From Acidobacteriota bacterium (GTDB lineage Bacteria > Acidobacteriota > UBA890 > WLXD01): DNA of 64,000 bases. Positions 60,200-64,000 of this stretch are shown one piece after another. The stretch is from NCBI GenBank assembly GCA_963666215.2, contig CAXWPL010000005.1, forward strand, positions 512,001 to 576,000. Direction: 5' to 3'. Position 1 is the stretch's first letter. Each line of letters starts with the position of its first letter. The notes below the pieces were generated by a model, which was not told where the DNA came from, did no database searches, and worked only from the letters and a program-made list of their open reading frames with translations. Made by a program: the position numbers and the translations under genes.

Positions 60200-60239
60200 C
60201 CTCTAGCCCTCTAGCCCTCTAGCCCTCTAGGCTTCTAGG
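60200..60239. repeat. 8-bp tandem repeat (CCTCTAGC) x5
   Basis: CCTCTAGC x3, CCTCTAGG, CTTCTAGG. Confidence 0.85.
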
Positions 60240-60261
60240 CCTCCGAACGGTATCCACGGCG

Positions 60262-61029
60262 ATGTCTGAGTATGCACTGCTCTCCGACGTTCACGGCAAT
60301 CTGCCCGCTCTGGAGACCGTGCTCGCCGACATCGCGGCGCTCAACCCACACGCCGCACGGTTTCACCTGGGTGACCTCGTTGGCTACGCACCGTGGCCAG
60401 ACGAAGTCGTCGACCTGATCAACAGCGCCAACGTTGCCGGCGTCTGTGGAAACTACGATTCCACCGTGGCCGCCAGCTACGAGCATTGCGGCTGCAAGTA
60501 CGAGAGCTCGCGCCAGGAAGCGCTTTCGCTTCTGAGCTTCGAATGGACCTGCGAGCACGTCAGCCAGACCACGCGGCAACGCCTGCGCGCCCTACCCTTC
60601 CGGCTTGACTTGCGGCCTCACGGCGGCCATCGCGGCGGCCCCAAGCTGGTGCTCGTTCACGGCGCTCCCACCGTCAACACCCTCTATTGGACGGAGGACC
60701 GTGACGACGCGTTCTGCCGGCGGATGGTGGAGCTGCTCGGCGCCAAGGCGGGCGACGTCGTCGCGTTCGGTCACACCCATCTGCCGTGGACCCGGCGTAT
60801 CGACGACGTCACGCTGGTGAACACGGGCTCGGTGGGACGGCCCAAGGACGGCGATCCGCGAGCCGGTTATGTGCTACTCGAGCTCGGCGAAGGCACGCCC
60901 GTGGTCGAGTTCCGCCGTGTCGAGTACGACGTGGAGCGCACCGCGCAGGCCATCGAAAAGAGCGCGCTGCCCGACGAGCTCGCCCACTACCTACGCAGCG
61001 GCGGCGCCAGCCTCGATGTGGTCGCTTGA
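60262..61029 (+). CDS. Metallophosphoesterase
   Basis: SDVHGN, LGDLVGY, GNYD, HG, GHTH, NTGSVG. Confidence 0.92.
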   Translation: MSEYALLSDVHGNLPALETVLADIAALNPHAARFHLGDLVGYAPWPDEVVDLINSANVAGVCGNYDSTVAASYEHCGCKYESSRQEALSLLSFEWTCEHVSQTTRQRLRALPFRLDLRPHGGHRGGPKLVLVHGAPTVNTLYWTEDRDDAFCRRMVELLGAKAGDVVAFGHTHLPWTRRIDDVTLVNTGSVGRPKDGDPRAGYVLLELGEGTPVVEFRRVEYDVERTAQAIEKSALPDELAHYLRSGGASLDVVA

Positions 61030-61090
61030 AAGAGCTTGGCTCACCGGCAGCGGCTAGCTCGAGAAGTCGCACCCGTTCCGCCCGGCCGCT

Positions 61091-62362
61091 CTATTCCTCG
61101 ATCTCGCGGAGCACCTCGGCCGTGTGCTCGCCGAGCTTCGGTGCTCGACGCCGCACGCTCGCGGTGGCGTCCGAGAAGTGGATGGGCACACCGAGCGTGC
61201 GGTAGACCTGCGCCGCCGCGCCACGGTCCCAGCTAGCGGCGCGGCCGCCACTGTCCGCACTGTCGCCGCCATCGCCGCCATCGCCGCCATCGCCCAGATC
61301 CACAACCATTCCGCGCGCCAGAGTCTGGGGGTGGGCCAGCATCTGCAAAATATCGAGCACCGGGCCGCACGGAATACGCGCCTCGCGCAGCCGCTCGAGC
61401 CATTCATCGGTGGGCCGTCGAATGAAAGCCGCCTGCAGGGTCTCGACCAGCTCTTCGCGGTGCTCAACGCGTCCGATGTTGTCGGCATAGCGCCTGTCGT
61501 CGGCCAGCTCCGGCAAGCCGATCACCAGCGGCAGCCGCTCCCAGTTGGCCTGGTTCGAGGTGCCGACGTTAATCCAGCCGTCCGCGGTGCGGAACGCTTG
61601 GTACGGCGCGTTCAGCGGGTGGGCGCTGCCCGTGGCTCCAGGCGCCGTGCCGCTGGCCAGAGCGATGGCCGATTGCCAAAAAGTCGTGAAGACGCCGGCC
61701 TCGAAAAGTGAGCTGTCCACCCGCTGGCCGCTGCCGGTGCGCTGGCGCTGGTGAAGCGCCGACAGCACGCCGAGAGCGCCGAGCAGGCCGGCGGTGATGT
61801 CGGCGACCGGCACGCCGCACTTGACCGGCGGCCTGCCTGGGCCCTCGCCGGTGACGCTCATCAGTCCGGAGTACCCCTGCGCGATCAGGTCGAAGCCACC
61901 CTCGGCAGCAAGCGGGCCGGTAAGACCGAAGCCCGTGATCTGGCAATAGATCAGCCGTGGGTAGAGCTCGTGCAGCTTGTCGTAGCCCAGACCGAGTCGC
62001 TCCATGGTGCCAGGCCGGAAATTCTCGATAACAACATCCGTCCGCTCCAGAAGAACGAGCAGCTTGGCGACATCGGGCTCCTTCTTCAAATCGAGAACGA
62101 CGCCGCGCTTGTTTCGGTTGACGATTGCGAAGGCGGCCGATTCGCCATCGCTGCCGGGCATCTCGGGAGGCAGGAAACCGCGTGCCGGGTCCCCGTTGGG
62201 AGGTTCGACCTTTACCACGTCGGCGCCGAGATCGGCCAGCATCAGGCCACAAACGGGGCCCGCCATGACGTGAGCCAGCTCGACCACGCGCAGGCCCTCG
62301 AGCGGGGCTTGCAGCGACGCGCCGGGCGCCGACGCGGGATCGGGCACGTCTGACGAATCCAC
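61091..62362 (-). CDS. Family III CoA-transferase (CaiB/BaiF)
   Basis: LADLGADVVKVE, NRNKR, ENFRPG, GFD, APKLGEHT. Confidence 0.92.
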   Translation of the reverse strand: MDSSDVPDPASAPGASLQAPLEGLRVVELAHVMAGPVCGLMLADLGADVVKVEPPNGDPARGFLPPEMPGSDGESAAFAIVNRNKRGVVLDLKKEPDVAKLLVLLERTDVVIENFRPGTMERLGLGYDKLHELYPRLIYCQITGFGLTGPLAAEGGFDLIAQGYSGLMSVTGEGPGRPPVKCGVPVADITAGLLGALGVLSALHQRQRTGSGQRVDSSLFEAGVFTTFWQSAIALASGTAPGATGSAHPLNAPYQAFRTADGWINVGTSNQANWERLPLVIGLPELADDRRYADNIGRVEHREELVETLQAAFIRRPTDEWLERLREARIPCGPVLDILQMLAHPQTLARGMVVDLGDGGDGGDGGDSADSGGRAASWDRGAAAQVYRTLGVPIHFSDATASVRRRAPKLGEHTAEVLREIEE

Positions 62363-62365
62363 GCG

Positions 62366-63151
62366 CTAGTCGCCCACGAAGCGGGGCTTTTCCTTAAGAA
62401 CGAAGGCTCGGTAGCCGCGGCGATAGTCGCGCGTGTCGAACGCGGCGTAGCCCTCGGCGAGCTCGTCGTCGGTGAGCGGTGCCGGGTCGAGCAAGCGGCG
62501 GATGAACTTCTTGTGCCAGCGATTCACCAGCGGCGCCGCTGTCACAATGCGGCCCACCACGTCGGCCACGGTGGCATCGAGCTCGTGCGATTCGACGACA
62601 CGACTCACCAAACCGAGCCGCAGCGCGCGATCGGCGTCGAACACCTCGCCGGTGAGCAGAACGTCTGCCGCCACGGCCGGGCCGACGAGGTCGAGGAACG
62701 GTCGCAGCTCGCCGTACGACATCGTGAGTCCGAGTCGGTTCACCGGGATCCCGAAACGGCTGTCGCCGCTGCACACGCGCAGGTCGCAACATGCGGCAAG
62801 ATCGAGCCCCCCACCCACGCAGGCGCCCCGAATCGCCGCCACGGTCGGGTGGCGGCAAGCGGCGACGGCCCGCATACCAGCCAGCTCTCGGGCGCCGTAC
62901 GACTTCGCCTGCTCCATATCGGCGCGTTCGGTCTCGAACTCGGCGATGTCGGCGCCGGCACAGAATGCGCGGTCACCTGCCCCGCGCAGCACGACGCAGC
63001 GAAGCGTCTCGTCGGCCGCGAGAGCGTTGAAGGTTTCCTCGAGCTGCTGCCAGCCCGCCAGGTCGAGCGCGTTGAGGCGCTCCGGGCGATTCAACGTGAC
63101 GGTGGCAAGGTGCCGCGTGGGGTTTCGCTCAACGAGCACTCGTTCGGCCAA
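62366..63151 (-). CDS. Enoyl-CoA hydratase/isomerase
   Basis: LNRPERLNAL, FCAGADI, CVGGG, CDLR. Confidence 0.92.
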   Translation of the reverse strand: MAERVLVERNPTRHLATVTLNRPERLNALDLAGWQQLEETFNALAADETLRCVVLRGAGDRAFCAGADIAEFETERADMEQAKSYGARELAGMRAVAACRHPTVAAIRGACVGGGLDLAACCDLRVCSGDSRFGIPVNRLGLTMSYGELRPFLDLVGPAVAADVLLTGEVFDADRALRLGLVSRVVESHELDATVADVVGRIVTAAPLVNRWHKKFIRRLLDPAPLTDDELAEGYAAFDTRDYRRGYRAFVLKEKPRFVGD

Positions 63152-63206
63152 CGTGGATCTCCCCGGGAGTCTCGAGTTGAGGAGCAGGCTGAGGCAGCGG
63201 CGGCGG

Positions 63207-64000
63207 CTACGGATAGAACCAGTGAACCAGCGCCAGCGGAATCACCGGAACATAGGTCACGAGCAGTAGCACGACAACCAACACGGCGACGAACGGGATG
63301 TTCGCGCGACTCACCTCCCAGATGTCGGCACGAGCAACCGAACAGGCGGTAACGAGAACGCTCGCCACCGGTGGGGTCTGCTGGCCGATGCCCAGGTTGA
63401 GCGTCACGATGATGCCGAAATGTACCGGGTCGATGCCGACGGCGCTTACGAGCGGCATGACGATAGGCACCACCAGAATGATCGCCGCTGCCGAATGCAA
63501 GAACAGCCCAATCGCCAGGAACAGCAAGTTGAGCAGCGCCATGATCACCAGCGGACTGTCGGTGAGCCCGGTGATACCGGCGGCGAGCCGCTGCGGCACC
63601 TGCGCCTCGGTGAGGTAGTTGCCGAGCAGCGCCGAGGTCGCAACCAGCAACATCACCACCGCGGTCTGCACACCGCCTTCCAGTATCGCCGTACGCAACC
63701 GAGACAGGTCGAGCTCGCGGTAAATCACACCGCCCACGACGAGAGCGGCCAGCACCGCCAGGCCCGCTCCTTCGGTTGCCGTCACCCATCCCGTGAAGAT
63801 ACCGCCGAGGATAATCACCGGCAGCAGCAGCGCCCACAACGCCTCCCTCGCAGCCGTGAACAGTCGGCTGAGCTCGAAGGCCTGATCCACCGGATAGTCG
63901 TTGCGCACGGCGATCCAGTAGGCGATCACCATCATCAACCCGCCGCCCAGAAGGCCAGGGACAACGCCGGCTACAAACAGCTCGACCACCGAGCTGCCCG
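63207..64000 (-). CDS. dctM: TRAP transporter large permease (5' partial)
   Basis: LFVAGVVPG, TATE, GIDPVHFG, IGQQTPPV. Confidence 0.9.
   Translation of the reverse strand, partial: GSSVVELFVAGVVPGLLGGGLMMVIAYWIAVRNDYPVDQAFELSRLFTAAREALWALLLPVIILGGIFTGWVTATEGAGLAVLAALVVGGVIYRELDLSRLRTAILEGGVQTAVVMLLVATSALLGNYLTEAQVPQRLAAGITGLTDSPLVIMALLNLLFLAIGLFLHSAAAIILVVPIVMPLVSAVGIDPVHFGIIVTLNLGIGQQTPPVASVLVTACSVARADIWEVSRANIPFVAVLVVVLLLVTYVPVIPLALVHWFYP

Overview
GC-rich bacterial DNA. The gene families (ECF sigma/anti-sigma/HEAT cluster, NWPQWRGP-type PQQ propeller, TPR kinase, lipoprotein sulfatase) suggest an Acidobacteriota-like organism; this is inference only. The window holds about 50 genes plus IS3, IS256 and IS481 elements and several broken reading frames. 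Best leads: (1) an unannotated 50-aa secreted peptide (50444-50596, minus) whose predicted mature part is ARNCKAKCRGDLFCIANCR (CX3C-X5-CX3C with an RGDLxxI loop), lying between a membrane CPYC redoxin and a beta-propeller lipoprotein; (2) an initiator tRNA-Met split at its anticodon by a 2.4 kb selO-containing insert with a 10-bp direct repeat, just downstream of a bacterial histone gene; (3) a PhnCDE-like ABC transporter whose binding protein has His/Tyr/Glu/Tyr in place of the phosphonate ligands, encoded behind a di-heme cytochrome, possibly for metal uptake; (4) a CarH-like MerR/B12 regulator with a visible 11-bp-phased operator facing a small unknown gene. Many single-base indels and a chimeric IS481 site suggest a noisy or mixed consensus, so pseudogene calls need read-level checks.
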